Positions 39,037 to 48,958 of a DNA stretch of 64,000 nt are shown here, one piece after another. The notes under the pieces were generated by a model. It had not been told where the DNA came from, searched no databases, and saw only the letters and a list, made by a program, of their open reading frames with translations. Within the stretch, counting starts at the first letter, position 1; every line of letters begins with the position of its first letter. The translations under genes and the position numbers were made by a program. The stretch comes from an uncultured Pseudomonadota bacterium (GTDB taxonomy: Bacteria > Pseudomonadota > Alphaproteobacteria > UBA9219), in the NCBI GenBank assembly GCA_903869345.1, contig CAIPYM010000041.1, positions 904 through 64,903 of the forward strand, read 5' to 3'.

Positions 39037-39729
39037 CTATTTTTTGGCGGGGGCTTTTTCAACCGGGGGCTTCTTGAGGGAAGCCGCGACCGTAAGCGCT
39101 CGATCGAAAGCCGTCACGAACGCATCCAGCGGCGGGGCCCCCTCCATTTTATCTTGCCCATGATTGAGGATGAACGTCGGAGTCGCGCGGATATCGTACT
39201 GCTTGATCGCGTGCTCGCGCCCCTCGGCGATCGTCTCAAGAAGCTTGGCGTCATCCCAGCAAGCCTTCGCCTTGTCCGGGGCCAAGCCCCCGAGCGCGGC
39301 GTAGCGCGTCAGCGCGAGTTTAGGATCCGCATCCAACGCCCAAACCGACAGGTTCTTGTAAAGGACGGCCAGGAAAGCACGGTGCTGTCCCTCGGGCATG
39401 CACCGCGCAAGCGCCGCTGCATGAAGCCCCAGACCATCCAGGGGGAAATCGTGGAACACAAAGCGGACCTTGCCAGTCTCCACGTAGCGCTTTTCCAAAA
39501 CAGGCAGAATTTCCACAAAAAACTGAGCGCAATGGCTGCACGTCAGGGAGGCGAACTCCTCCACCAGCAGCGGCGCGTCGGCCCGTCCCAACGATTCGTC
39601 AGCTTGCGAAGATGTCTGGACAGACCCTGAAGGGGGGGTCTTGGCCGCCTCCCCCGCGTTCACGGCCTTGCCGGAACCCATCAACAGACCGATAACAAGG
39701 ACCAACACACTGACGAACGACGAGACCAT
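39037..39729 (-). CDS. DsbA-family thiol:disulfide oxidoreductase
   Basis: Signal peptide and thioredoxin fold with CSHC (FASLTCSHCAQF). Confidence 0.8.
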   Translation of the reverse strand: MVSSFVSVLVLVIGLLMGSGKAVNAGEAAKTPPSGSVQTSSQADESLGRADAPLLVEEFASLTCSHCAQFFVEILPVLEKRYVETGKVRFVFHDFPLDGLGLHAAALARCMPEGQHRAFLAVLYKNLSVWALDADPKLALTRYAALGGLAPDKAKACWDDAKLLETIAEGREHAIKQYDIRATPTFILNHGQDKMEGAPPLDAFVTAFDRALTVAASLKKPPVEKAPAKK

Positions 39730-39820
39730 GGTGAAAACCCTCCCAACCTCTCAAGGGCGAAAGCGAACCCTCCCCGCCCGGAAGGGTTCGACTATAGAAG
39801 GCGCGCCCTCCAGTCTCAAG

Positions 39821-40822
39821 ATGGACGAGTCGCCTCCCCCTGCTCAACGCGTGACGGTTGTTCTTACGTCCGACGCAGCACGGCTCGACAAAGCGCTGGC
39901 TTTATCAGCGCCCGAGGTGGGCTCGCGGGTGCGGTGGCAAGCGCTGATCCGCGCGGGGTGCGTGGAGCGCCAAAACGCCGAAAGCGCTTGTACGCCGATT
40001 CTAAATCCCGACGCGTCGTGCCACCCAGGTGAGACGTACACCGCGCATCTGCCCGCCCCCACGCCCGCAACGCCTGAAGCCCAGGCGATTCCGCTGGAGG
40101 TTATCTACGAAGACGCGGACCTGTTGGTGATCAACAAGCCCGCTGGACTCGTCGTCCACCCCGCCGTAGGGCATTGGGACCGAACGCTCGTCAACGCGCT
40201 GCTCGCCCACTGCGGGGCCGACCTCAGTGGGATCGGCGGCGTCGCGCGTCCGGGAATCGTCCATCGCCTTGATAAGGACACGAGCGGTCTGATGGTCGTC
40301 GCCAAAAACGATACCGCGCACCGTGCTCTTGCGGCCCAGTTCGCGGACAGGACCCTCGGGCGGCGTTACGAGGCGTTGGTTGTGGGCGTCCCCCATCCCC
40401 TGACGGGCACGTTCACGGGTCCCTTGGGGCGCGACCCCCGCGCACGGCAGCGTCACGCCGTCCGGCAAAGTGGGGGCAAGCCTGCCGTGACCCATTACCG
40501 CGTGGCAGAACGCTTTGGCATGCTCGCGAGTCACGTCGTGTGCGACCTCGAAACCGGGCGCACGCATCAGATCCGCGTTCACCTCGCCCATGCGGGGCAT
40601 CCCGTCCTTGGGGACCCTCTTTACGGTGGACAACGGGCCCGTCGTGGGAGCCTTCCTGACCTGGCCCGAACGTTTCCCCGCCAAGCTCTGCACGCGGCGG
40701 AGATCCATTTCCGCCACCCCCGCACGGGCCGCCTACGCCGCTTCACCGTCCCCTGGCCCGAGGACATGATCCGCCTTCGCGACAGCTTGCGCGACGCGCT
40801 ACGTCTCACGGCATCGCGGTAG
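39821..40822 (+). CDS. RluA-family 23S rRNA pseudouridine synthase (RluD-like, with S4 domain)
   Basis: LVINKPAGLVVHP...HRLDKDTSGLMVVAKN...GRTHQIRVHLAHAGHPVLGDPLYG. Start at MDESPPPAQRV (39821) to avoid overlap with the divergent dsbA-family gene. Confidence 0.8.
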   Translation: MDESPPPAQRVTVVLTSDAARLDKALALSAPEVGSRVRWQALIRAGCVERQNAESACTPILNPDASCHPGETYTAHLPAPTPATPEAQAIPLEVIYEDADLLVINKPAGLVVHPAVGHWDRTLVNALLAHCGADLSGIGGVARPGIVHRLDKDTSGLMVVAKNDTAHRALAAQFADRTLGRRYEALVVGVPHPLTGTFTGPLGRDPRARQRHAVRQSGGKPAVTHYRVAERFGMLASHVVCDLETGRTHQIRVHLAHAGHPVLGDPLYGGQRARRGSLPDLARTFPRQALHAAEIHFRHPRTGRLRRFTVPWPEDMIRLRDSLRDALRLTASR

Positions 40823-40972
40823 AGTGTTTCCCTGATCAAAAGGGCACGGAATCAGGTGAGGGACCGACCTCAAAGGGGGCACGGCGCGACTCCCTTCCCC
40901 CTGAGGGGGGCAATGCAAAAAGCATGTTGGAATCCTTACGAATTCCTTATGTTTGATGACTCCTCACCCTAT

Positions 40973-41002
40973 CCCTCTGCGAGGGAATCCCGCTGCACGT
41001 CC
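40973..41002. repeat. REP-B related copy (ccctctgcgagggaatcccgctgcacgtcc)
   Basis: Shares the GAGGGAATCCCG.YGYRC core with 15380 and 44951. Confidence 0.55.
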
Positions 41003-41124
41003 CGCAACCGTCGGGTGCGAAAATCCAGGGTCATTTTATGGGGGGGCTGGCTCTAATTTTGAATGCGGATTTTTCTTGACTCGGGAGGGGGCGAGGGAGT
41101 ATTGACAAAGGCATGGCGAACTGT

Positions 41125-41154
41125 GCCCGCGTTTCAGCGAACGCGGGCTTTTTT
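41125..41154 (+). terminator. intrinsic terminator-like hairpin GCCCGCGTT-TCAGCG-AACGCGGGC followed by TTTTTT, an orphan about 300 bp after the rluD-like gene
   Basis: 9-bp GC-rich stem and a 6-nt T-run. -35-like hexamers (TTGACT at 41076, TTGACA at 41103) lie just upstream. Confidence 0.4.
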
Positions 41155-41183
41155 GTGCCCGGAGGTCTGGCTCCGTCGCGTCG

Positions 41184-41271
41184 TCGTTCCGGCGAAGGTT
41201 GGGGCCTCGCGAGGTTTGGGAGAGCGGGAAAGGCCCCCTCGAGATTCCGGCTTTCGCCGGAATGACGGTCT
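41184..41271. repeat. REP-A compound copy (two half-copies flanking ggccccctcgag)
   Basis: cgtcgttccggcgaag ... gattccggctttcgccggaatgacggtc. Confidence 0.75.
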
Positions 41272-41446
41272 TTCGGGGAGAACGTCCTGCACCGCGCGAT
41301 CGACTCGCATCGATTCGGGGCAGGTGGGGATTTTGTTCAATCACCCCCTCCCACGTTTGGGTGGAAGGTGCTAACACACGGGGACCTCTTCCGACTCTCG
41401 GCTCCTGCCGGGCAGTGATTCCCTCGGTTTTTTAGCGGCACGGCTC

Positions 41447-42316
41447 ATGAAATTCCTCATTGGTGTTGTCACCGTTTTCGCCTGCACCTTGTCGGCCTAC
41501 ATCCTGCAAGGGGGCCATTTGGCTGTTTTGGCCAAGGCCGCACCGCTGGAACTTGTCATTATCATTGGTGTGACCATTGGCGGATTTATCATTGCGAATC
41601 CGGGTATCGTTATTAGCCGCACGCTCTCGTCGCTGAAGCTGTTGCTGAAGGGGCCTCGGTACACCCAAAAGTCTTACATTGAGCTTTTGTCCATGCTGTA
41701 CCGTTTTTTCAAAATTGCGAAGACCAAGGGCATGTTGGCGCTGGAATCGCACATTGAAAACCCGCATGAAAGCAACGTTTTTGGGGAGTTTCCGGGGGTG
41801 CTCAAGGAGCATCACGCGATCGAGTTTTTTTGCGATTACGCACGCCTTGTGACGTTGGGGTCGGAACGGCCCTACGAAATTGAGGCCCTGATGGATGAAG
41901 AGCTGGAAGTCCATCATTTTCAGGATCAAGCGGTCGTCACGTCCCTCAACAACATGGCGGACGGTTTGCCCGCCATTGGTATTGTGGCGGCGGTTCTTGG
42001 CGTGATTCACACCATGGGGTCCATTGCGGAACCGCCCGAGGTTTTGGGCCGCCTGATCGGTGGGGCGCTGGTCGGAACGTTCATGGGCGTGTTGTTGTCG
42101 TACGGGCTTTTTGCCCCCATCGCCAATTCGGTGAAGCAGGCGCTGGAGGCCGAAGCGCGGTACATGCAATGCATCAAAGTCGGTTTTCTGGCGCACTTGC
42201 AGGGATTTGCTCCCGCGATTTCCGTTGAGTACGCGCGCAAAGCCCTGCTGCACGATGTTCGTCCTAGTTTTAATGAACTGGAAGAAGCGACGCAGAAGCT
42301 TCCTTCCGGCGTGTAA
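41447..42316 (+). CDS. motA: flagellar motor stator protein MotA
   Basis: Four-TM MotA/TolQ/ExbB fold. MKFLIGVVTVFAC..., 289 aa. Immediately followed by motB. Confidence 0.85.
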   Translation: MKFLIGVVTVFACTLSAYILQGGHLAVLAKAAPLELVIIIGVTIGGFIIANPGIVISRTLSSLKLLLKGPRYTQKSYIELLSMLYRFFKIAKTKGMLALESHIENPHESNVFGEFPGVLKEHHAIEFFCDYARLVTLGSERPYEIEALMDEELEVHHFQDQAVVTSLNNMADGLPAIGIVAAVLGVIHTMGSIAEPPEVLGRLIGGALVGTFMGVLLSYGLFAPIANSVKQALEAEARYMQCIKVGFLAHLQGFAPAISVEYARKALLHDVRPSFNELEEATQKLPSGV

Positions 42317-42325
42317 CCTCGCGCC

Positions 42326-43417
42326 ATGCCCCCCCCCGCTTCTCCCCCCGGAAAGAACAAGGAAGCTCCGACCCCCACCGTCGTGATTATTCGCAAAAAG
42401 CGCGGTGGGCATGCGGGGGGGCACCACGGGGGCGCGTGGAAAGTGGCCTACGCCGATTTCGTCACTGCCATGATGTCGTTCTTTCTGTTGCTCTGGCTTC
42501 TCAGCGTCACAACGTCCGAAAACCGCCGTGGCATTGCCGATTATTTTGCCCCGGCAGCGGTCTCTTTCACAGAATCCGGGGCGGGCGGCATGTTTGGGGG
42601 AAGGACGGTGAGCAGCCCCGGCGCTCGCATGTCCGATTCGTCCCCCATCTCGGCGGCAGAGCAAACGCTTCCCCGCCCCAGCGAAGGGGAGGAAGGCAGC
42701 GAGGACTCCAAGGGGAAGAACCCGGATGCGGCGGACAACGCCGGGCCCGAGGAGCATTTAACCGACGCCCAAAAACTTGAACGTGAAACAACACTCTTCA
42801 AAGAAGCCGCCGATGTCCTCAACACGGCCATTCAAGAATCGGCGGAATTGCGCGAATTTGCCGAAAACCTCTCCATCAAACAAACCCCGGAGGGGCTCAA
42901 GATTGACATCACGGACCAGGGCAAGCTGTCCATGTTCGCGTCGGGATCCGCGATGCCTTATGAAAAAGCGCGTGACTTGCTCAGGCTTGTCGGAAGGGTG
43001 TTGGCGCGACTGCCGAACGCCATTGCCGTGACGGGCCATACCGACAGTGCTCCCTTTTCGGCCGGGTCGCGGCGTGACAACTGGGGCTTGTCGGCTGACC
43101 GGGCAAACGTCAGTCGGCAAGAGCTGGTGGTGGGTGGGGTGGCTGACAAGAGAATCGCTCGCGTCGTCGGGCTTGCCGACCGCGAGCCTCAGATTCCCGA
43201 AGACCCCCGTGACGGGCGCAACCGACGAATCAGCATCCTTGTTTTACGCCAGGTTGCTTCACCGGATTCGGATCCCCTGACGGCCGAGGCGCTTAAAATT
43301 CCGGCGGCTCCCGCTCCGTCGACTCCCAAGGCCGCCCCGTCATCGGCCCCCGCCCATCCCGCTTCGGCCCCGGCCACGGCCCCTGCACCGGTTAAGCCAA
43401 CGTCGTCAGGTACGTGA
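42326..43417 (+). CDS. motB: flagellar motor protein MotB (OmpA-like C-domain) with long Pro/Ala-rich tail
   Basis: N-terminal TM with the conserved Asp (VAYADFVTAMMSFFLLLWLLS), OmpA-like ...VTGHTDSAPF...NWGLSADRA. Confidence 0.85.
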   Translation: MPPPASPPGKNKEAPTPTVVIIRKKRGGHAGGHHGGAWKVAYADFVTAMMSFFLLLWLLSVTTSENRRGIADYFAPAAVSFTESGAGGMFGGRTVSSPGARMSDSSPISAAEQTLPRPSEGEEGSEDSKGKNPDAADNAGPEEHLTDAQKLERETTLFKEAADVLNTAIQESAELREFAENLSIKQTPEGLKIDITDQGKLSMFASGSAMPYEKARDLLRLVGRVLARLPNAIAVTGHTDSAPFSAGSRRDNWGLSADRANVSRQELVVGGVADKRIARVVGLADREPQIPEDPRDGRNRRISILVLRQVASPDSDPLTAEALKIPAAPAPSTPKAAPSSAPAHPASAPATAPAPVKPTSSGT

Positions 43418-43431
43418 GGGGAGGGGAGCGG

Positions 43432-43926
43432 TTAAGGAGACGCCGGTGAGGGGGGCGCGGTGGTCGTTTCCTTGGCCGTGTTGCTGGAGGCTTTGCCGGG
43501 CGAATCGGCGCATCCGACAAGCCAAAGATCGTACACGGGATGTTCCAACGCGGACAGCGCGGGGCTTGAGGCAAACATCCATCCCTGAAAAAGGAGGGCC
43601 TCGTTCTCGCCGACTTTCATTTCCCCCACTTCAAGGAACGCCGACGCTTCGGGGGGCTCTTCCGGCAACGTGGCGCGGCAGGCCCGTACGGTCAGCACAA
43701 GCGTTCCGAACATGTACGGCTTGTCCACGGGGACCGCGACCTCGTCCACCCTTGCCGTCACCTTGTCCAGGATTCGCACAAGGGCCACGGATTTGGAGGC
43801 CGTGGGCACGGTGGCCTGTGCGTCGGGGATTGGCATGAGCGCGAGGATCGCTACCAAGCCCTGTGCCAGGAAGCATCGGGACCACCGATGGCCTCTCGCG
43901 TTGGGAAGGACGTTCGGACCTCTCAC
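43432..43926 (-). CDS. DUF2155-like periplasmic protein
   Basis: Signal peptide, then VRILDKVTARV...FGTLVLTVRAC..P.EPPEASAFLEV. Confidence 0.5.
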   Translation of the reverse strand: MRGPNVLPNARGHRWSRCFLAQGLVAILALMPIPDAQATVPTASKSVALVRILDKVTARVDEVAVPVDKPYMFGTLVLTVRACRATLPEEPPEASAFLEVGEMKVGENEALLFQGWMFASSPALSALEHPVYDLWLVGCADSPGKASSNTAKETTTAPPSPASP

Positions 43927-44444
43927 GAATGCGGGGCGTCCTTTGCGCCAGCGTCTTTCGGGTGATCTCCCGATGCGTTGCTTGAGCTCTTGGAGCTGTA
44001 AATCAATTGGCCGATCAGGTCGTCGAGGCGCATGGGCGCTTGCGTGCGGGTGATTTTCCCGGTCCCATCGTTCTTGATAAACGACTCGTCCACGCCGATT
44101 TCCAGGGACATGTACTTGCCGCCCATCAGACTTTCCGTGGCGATCATGGCCACGGTGTCGGTGGGCAGGCGAACATCTGGTGTGATGGTCATCACAACGT
44201 GCACAAGGTACTGATCCGGCCCGGAATCCGTCAGGAGGGAAAACCGTTCCACCGACCCGATTTTGACGCCGTTCACTTTGACATCGCTGCCTTCCTTGAG
44301 GCCGTCCACCATGGGGAAATTGGCCGCGATCCTGTAACCCTGCACCTTGCGAAGATCGGCGCTGGAGTACGCAAAGACGATAAAAACCCCCGCCACAAGA
44401 AGGACAACGGCCCCTAAAACGGTTTCAATAACGTTGCGCCCCAT
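43923..44444 (-). CDS. mlaD: MlaD/MCE-family protein (outer-membrane lipid asymmetry)
   Basis: N-terminal TM plus MCE domain (...KVQGYRIAANFPMVDGLKEGSDVKVNGVKIGSV...). 4-bp overlap with the downstream gene. Confidence 0.75.
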   Translation of the reverse strand: MGRNVIETVLGAVVLLVAGVFIVFAYSSADLRKVQGYRIAANFPMVDGLKEGSDVKVNGVKIGSVERFSLLTDSGPDQYLVHVVMTITPDVRLPTDTVAMIATESLMGGKYMSLEIGVDESFIKNDGTGKITRTQAPMRLDDLIGQLIYSSKSSSNASGDHPKDAGAKDAPHS

Positions 44445-44447
44445 GGC

Positions 44448-44861
44448 TTAGTCGCTCCTCCGAATGGCGGTTGCAGGATTCCACGCGTGGTAATCGCCCG
44501 TGGCCGAAGCCCGACGGCCTTCGGCTTGGAGGGCCCCCGGTGGGAACCACGCGTTCTCGGGCCTGTCAGGTTGAGGACGGTGGGAGCGTTGCCACCTTTT
44601 AAGGAAAGGGCTGGTGGCTCGCAAGGGCTGATCCAGCGTTCCTTGGAGCCAAAGCCGTCCCTCGGGTGGCACAAGGCTCGCTTCGGGCTCGCCGGGGTAC
44701 ATCACCCAGCGTTGCTCCCCCCGGCCGGGAAGGGGTTTCCGGCGCGATCGGTAATAGCGGTTGCCGAACACGTCACGCCAAACTTCATGGCCCCTGAGAA
44801 AGAGCTCCAGCCGTGTCCCCAGCTGCGAAAGGCGTGTCAGGGCCGACAAAAGCACGGTCAT
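44448..44861 (-). CDS. NDUFA12-like (complex I 17.2 kDa subunit family) protein
   Basis: RDVFGNRYYRS...RWVMY.GE.EASLVPPEGRLWLQGT. Start taken at MTVLLS. Confidence 0.5.
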   Translation of the reverse strand: MTVLLSALTRLSQLGTRLELFLRGHEVWRDVFGNRYYRSRRKPLPGRGEQRWVMYPGEPEASLVPPEGRLWLQGTLDQPLRATSPFLKRWQRSHRPQPDRPENAWFPPGALQAEGRRASATGDYHAWNPATAIRRSD

Positions 44862-44950
44862 GGGAAGGGAGCTCCGACTCGGGCGCGTTGAAGGACCCCG
44901 AGATTCGGGCAAAACGCCCCCCCCGTCAAGAAAGCCTTCCGCCGTTACCT

Positions 44951-45013
44951 GAGGGAGAGGGAATCCCGCCGTGCCTCCTTCAAGGTCGGTCCCTCACCTG
45001 ATTCGATGCTCAC
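44951..45013. repeat. REP-B copy (gagggagagggaatcccgccgtgcctccttcaaggtcggtccctcacctgattcgatgctcac)
   Basis: About 85% identical to 15241..15297. Confidence 0.8.
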
Positions 45014-45196
45014 TCCTGCCCTTTCCGTTCGCCCGAAAGGGTATGAGCTGGATCGCTGCACGTCGTTCGCGAGGGCGATTGAGGGTGGGGGATAGGGCTG
45101 AGAAAAGGTCGTTTTGTGCTGTGCTGCCGTGTATAAAGCATCCCCCGCCCTTGTGATGGCGGCGGGAGTCTGTGTTTGCTCACCCCAAGGGGCTTC

Positions 45197-45835
45197 ATGT
45201 CCATTCTTTCCCTTCCCGACTCCGCGTTCGCGGACCTGCCCCGCGTGGCCGACCAAGAGCCCGAAGGCTCCTGGAACGGGATGGTGCTGGTGGGCGAGGC
45301 ACCGGGCCGGGACGAGGTGGTCCAGGGCAAGCCTTTCGTGGGACGGAGCGGGCGTTTGTTGGATGTCGCTTTGGCCGAGGTCGGCCTTGTTCGGGGTGCA
45401 TGCCGGGTTGTGAACGTTTTTGGGAGGCGCCCGCCCGATAACCGCGTCGGGGCCTTTTTTGCCTCGCGCCGTCAAGCGAAGACCGAGGGGTTGGGGCTCG
45501 CGGAGGATCTTGGGCCTCTTGCGGGTCTTTGGTGCCGGGCGGCGGTCGCGGGGGAGGTTCACCGTCTGCAAAGCGCCGTCAAAGCCTGGCGGCCTCGGGT
45601 GGTGGTGGCGCTCGGGCGCGTGCCGTTTTGGGCGATGACGGGGCGCGGCGCGGGGCTGGTCGAGGGGGTGGGGGAGGTCTTCCCGTGCCCTGCTGAACCG
45701 ACGATTCCCGTTCTCGCGACGTTTCATCCCAGCTTCGTTCTTCGGGGGCGGGCGAGCCGTTTTTCCCCCTGGCTTGATCACTTGCGCCGAGCGGCGCAGT
45801 ATGCGCGGCGTTCCTCGGGGGCCGACGGGGACTGA
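45197..45835 (+). CDS. uracil-DNA glycosylase superfamily protein (family 4-like)
   Basis: GEAPG motif ([12 protein letters not shown]) and a C-terminal HPS motif ([10 protein letters not shown]). Confidence 0.7.
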   Translation: MSILSLPDSAFADLPRVADQEPEGSWNGMVLVGEAPGRDEVVQGKPFVGRSGRLLDVALAEVGLVRGACRVVNVFGRRPPDNRVGAFFASRRQAKTEGLGLAEDLGPLAGLWCRAAVAGEVHRLQSAVKAWRPRVVVALGRVPFWAMTGRGAGLVEGVGEVFPCPAEPTIPVLATFHPSFVLRGRASRFSPWLDHLRRAAQYARRSSGADGD

Positions 45836-45986
45836 GTCCCGGTGCTCCCAGCCCTTCGGGGTGCTTGAGAATCGCAAGGGGCCGTGGCGCGTAAAGGAGT
45901 CGCCCAGGGTGAAGACTAACGTTCCTTTTCCTGCCGTTCCGTCGGACGCCGCGTGCGAAGTCGCGCCGGGCGACGTGCGCTCTGCG

Positions 45987-47951
45987 ATGGCGGGACGTCC
46001 CGCAACGCCGCTTTTGGACACGGTCACGACGCCCGAGGATTTGCATCGGCTTCAACCCGAGCAGCTTCAGCAGATGGCCGAGGAACTCCGCGCCGAAGTC
46101 ATTGACGCGGTTTCGGTGACGGGCGGGCATTTGGGCGCGGGGCTTGGCGTTGTCGAGCTGACGGTGGCGCTCCACTACGTTTTCAACACGCCCAAGGACA
46201 TCGTGATTTGGGACGTTGGGCATCAAGCCTACCCCCACAAGATTTTGACCGGACGGCGGGACCGGATTCGCACGTTGCGCCAAGGCGGGGGGCTTGCCGG
46301 GTTCACCAAGCGGAAAGAAAGTCCCTATGATCCCTTCGGCGCGGGGCACAGCTCCACGTCCATCTCGGCGGGGTACGGGTTTGCCGTCGGGCGCGACCTC
46401 AAGGGCGGCAACAACCACGTGATTTCCGTGATTGGCGACGGGTCCATCAGCGCGGGCATGGCGTACGAGGCCCTGAACAACGCAGGCGCGTCGGCCTCGC
46501 GTTTGCTCGTGGTGTTGAACGATAACGACATGTCCATCGCGCCCCCGACCGGGGCGATGAGCTCCTACCTCTCGCGGCTTGTATCGTCCAAGGAGTACCG
46601 CAACCTTCGGCACTTGGCGAAGGAGTTTTCGCGCCTCTTCCCGCGCCCTCTGCGGAACGCGGCGCGGCGGGCGGAGCATTACGCGCGGGGCATGGTGACG
46701 GGCGGGACGTTGTTTGAGGAATTGGGATTCTATTACGTCGGCCCGATTGACGGGCACAACCTGGACCACCTGATCCCCGTTCTGGAAAACATTCGGGATG
46801 ACCCGCAAGGTGGGCCGGTCTTGCTGCATGTCGTGACCGAGAAGGGCCACGGCTACCGACCCGCCGAGACCTCGGCGGATAAACTCCACGCGGTTGCGCG
46901 TTTCAACGTCGTGACCGGGGCGCAGGACAAGCCCAAGGCGGCGGCTCCGACGTACACCAAAGTTTTCGCCGAGGCCCTGATCCAAGAAGCCGAGCACGAC
47001 GACCGAATCGTGGCGATCACGGCGGCCATGCCCTCGGGCACGGGGCTGGATCTTTTTGGGCAGAAGTTCCCTGATCGCACGTTCGATGTGGGCATTGCCG
47101 AACAGCACGCCGTGACGTTTGCGGCGGGGCTTGCGTGCGAGGGGTTCAAGCCGTTTTGCGCGATTTATTCCACGTTCCTTCAACGCGCCTACGATCAAGT
47201 TGCGCACGACGTGGCGCTCCAAAGCCTGCCCGTGCGGTTCATGATTGACCGCGCGGGGCTGGTCGGGGCGGACGGGCAGACTCATGCGGGGGCGTTTGAC
47301 TTGGCTTACCTCGGGTGCTTGCCGGGGATGGTGCTGATGTCGCCCTCGGACGAGGCGGAGTTGACGCACATGGTGGCGACCGCAGCGGCGATTCAGGAGG
47401 GTCCGTCGGCTGTGCGCTATCCACGCGGGGAGGGGACCGGGGTTCCGTTGCCCGTGCGGGGCGAGGTGTTGCCGCTGGGCAAGGGCCGCGTTGTTCGGGA
47501 AGGCTCCAAAATCGCGCTTTTAAGCTTGGGCACGCGCTTGCCGGAGGCCTGCAAAGCGGCGGATGAGCTGAACGGCCGGGGCCTGAGCACGACCGTGGTG
47601 GACATGCGATTCGCCAAGCCGTTGGACTTGGACTTGATTCAACGGTTGGCCAAATCTCACGAGGTCCTGATCACGGTGGAAGAGGGCTCGCTGGGTGGGT
47701 TTGGTAGCGCCGTCGTTCACCACCTGGCGAACGCGGGGGCGTGTGACAGGGGCCTGAAGATTCGCGCGATGACGTTGCCCGACCGTTTCCAAGATCACAA
47801 TTCGCAAGTCAAACAATACGAGGAAGCCGAGTTGACGGCCAAACATATTGTTGCGCGGGCGTTGGCCGCCCTGGGAATGGCAGAAAATTCTTTGGGAACC
47901 TTAGCCCATTCCGTTATTGCAAAGAATGTTCGCGCTCGTCCAATCCTGTAG
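45987..47951 (+). CDS. dxs: 1-deoxy-D-xylulose-5-phosphate synthase
   Basis: The N-terminus [19 protein letters not shown]... is typical of DXS. TPP motif GDG(X)nN. Start at ATG 45987. Confidence 0.9.
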   Translation: MAGRPATPLLDTVTTPEDLHRLQPEQLQQMAEELRAEVIDAVSVTGGHLGAGLGVVELTVALHYVFNTPKDIVIWDVGHQAYPHKILTGRRDRIRTLRQGGGLAGFTKRKESPYDPFGAGHSSTSISAGYGFAVGRDLKGGNNHVISVIGDGSISAGMAYEALNNAGASASRLLVVLNDNDMSIAPPTGAMSSYLSRLVSSKEYRNLRHLAKEFSRLFPRPLRNAARRAEHYARGMVTGGTLFEELGFYYVGPIDGHNLDHLIPVLENIRDDPQGGPVLLHVVTEKGHGYRPAETSADKLHAVARFNVVTGAQDKPKAAAPTYTKVFAEALIQEAEHDDRIVAITAAMPSGTGLDLFGQKFPDRTFDVGIAEQHAVTFAAGLACEGFKPFCAIYSTFLQRAYDQVAHDVALQSLPVRFMIDRAGLVGADGQTHAGAFDLAYLGCLPGMVLMSPSDEAELTHMVATAAAIQEGPSAVRYPRGEGTGVPLPVRGEVLPLGKGRVVREGSKIALLSLGTRLPEACKAADELNGRGLSTTVVDMRFAKPLDLDLIQRLAKSHEVLITVEEGSLGGFGSAVVHHLANAGACDRGLKIRAMTLPDRFQDHNSQVKQYEEAELTAKHIVARALAALGMAENSLGTLAHSVIAKNVRARPIL

Positions 47952-48125
47952 ATCGTCCAAAGATTAATGGATCGTAAATCCCACCCTTCATCTTTGTTTA
48001 CTCTTTCTTCTGTAAATCTTTTTACTTTCAGAGTTATGATGTTATAAGGAAGGGCGGGGGACGGTTGGGGATCTCCTCCCGAGAAACTTGAACAGGCCCT
48101 TGGCCTCTGGACACATGAGGGAACG

Positions 48126-48410
48126 ATGCGTTCCTCCGATCTTTCTCAGCAAGAAACCCCGTCACTCCCTGAGGCGTGGCGTGAGACTCCTGCTGTGTCG
48201 GGGCAGGTTGTGACGGGCCCCTCGCTGGCGGCGTTGAGGGCGCTTGTCGCCTACGTTGCCCTTTTGTCGGGGCGGAGCGAATTTGGTGTGGAGCGTGCGT
48301 TGGCGGATCACTTTGAGGTTCCCAACATGACCTTGTTGCCGGATGCGCTTTACGATGCGGCCATGCTGTATTTGGTGGAACAGATCCCCCTTTCGAGGGA
48401 AGAGGGCTAG
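48126..48410 (+). CDS. hypothetical small protein (94 aa) upstream of the fliL-like gene
   Basis: ORF only, preceded by an AT-rich 170-bp spacer. Confidence 0.3.
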   Translation: MRSSDLSQQETPSLPEAWRETPAVSGQVVTGPSLAALRALVAYVALLSGRSEFGVERALADHFEVPNMTLLPDALYDAAMLYLVEQIPLSREEG

Positions 48411-48469
48411 ACCTCGGCGTTGCAAGGGGGATGGGTTCCTTTTTGCGCGGAACGCGCTAAGGTGCCGCC

Positions 48470-48922
48470 ATGAACAACAAGCTATGGCTTGCGCTGATGG
48501 CGCTTTTTTTCGTCTTGCTCCTTCTGGTGGGGATGTGGAGCTACATGCTTGGGATGAGTATCGCTGGTAAGGGATTCTTTGCGGGCCCGGAGGCTCGTCT
48601 GAGCCAGGAGGTGACCAAGAAGGTTCGTGTTCTCAATCTTGAGCTTCCTTTGAAAGGGGGCGTTTTGGTGTCCGGGACCCCCCACAGTGCACGCATGAAG
48701 CTGGGCCTTGCCGTTGCCCCTGCTGACATGGAATCCTTAAAGGCCTATCTGCCCTTCATTGTTGACAGCCTTCAAGTCTACATGAACAAAATCACGGGCG
48801 AACAAATGAAAGCGGATCAACACCTGCGCGGGCTGCGGGCCGATCTTTTGCGCGAGGCCAACCGGGTGAGCGGTCCCGTGCATATCTCGGACGTTCATGT
48901 GCGTGAGTTGATGATTCAGTAA
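48470..48922 (+). CDS. flagellar basal body-associated protein FliL-like
   Basis: A single N-terminal TM (LWLALMALFFVLLLLVGMW), and the size and periplasmic region are typical of FliL. Confidence 0.45.
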   Translation: MNNKLWLALMALFFVLLLLVGMWSYMLGMSIAGKGFFAGPEARLSQEVTKKVRVLNLELPLKGGVLVSGTPHSARMKLGLAVAPADMESLKAYLPFIVDSLQVYMNKITGEQMKADQHLRGLRADLLREANRVSGPVHISDVHVRELMIQ

Positions 48923-48958
48923 GGCGGGTCCCACGCCTTTGGGGGGCGCGCGACCGTG

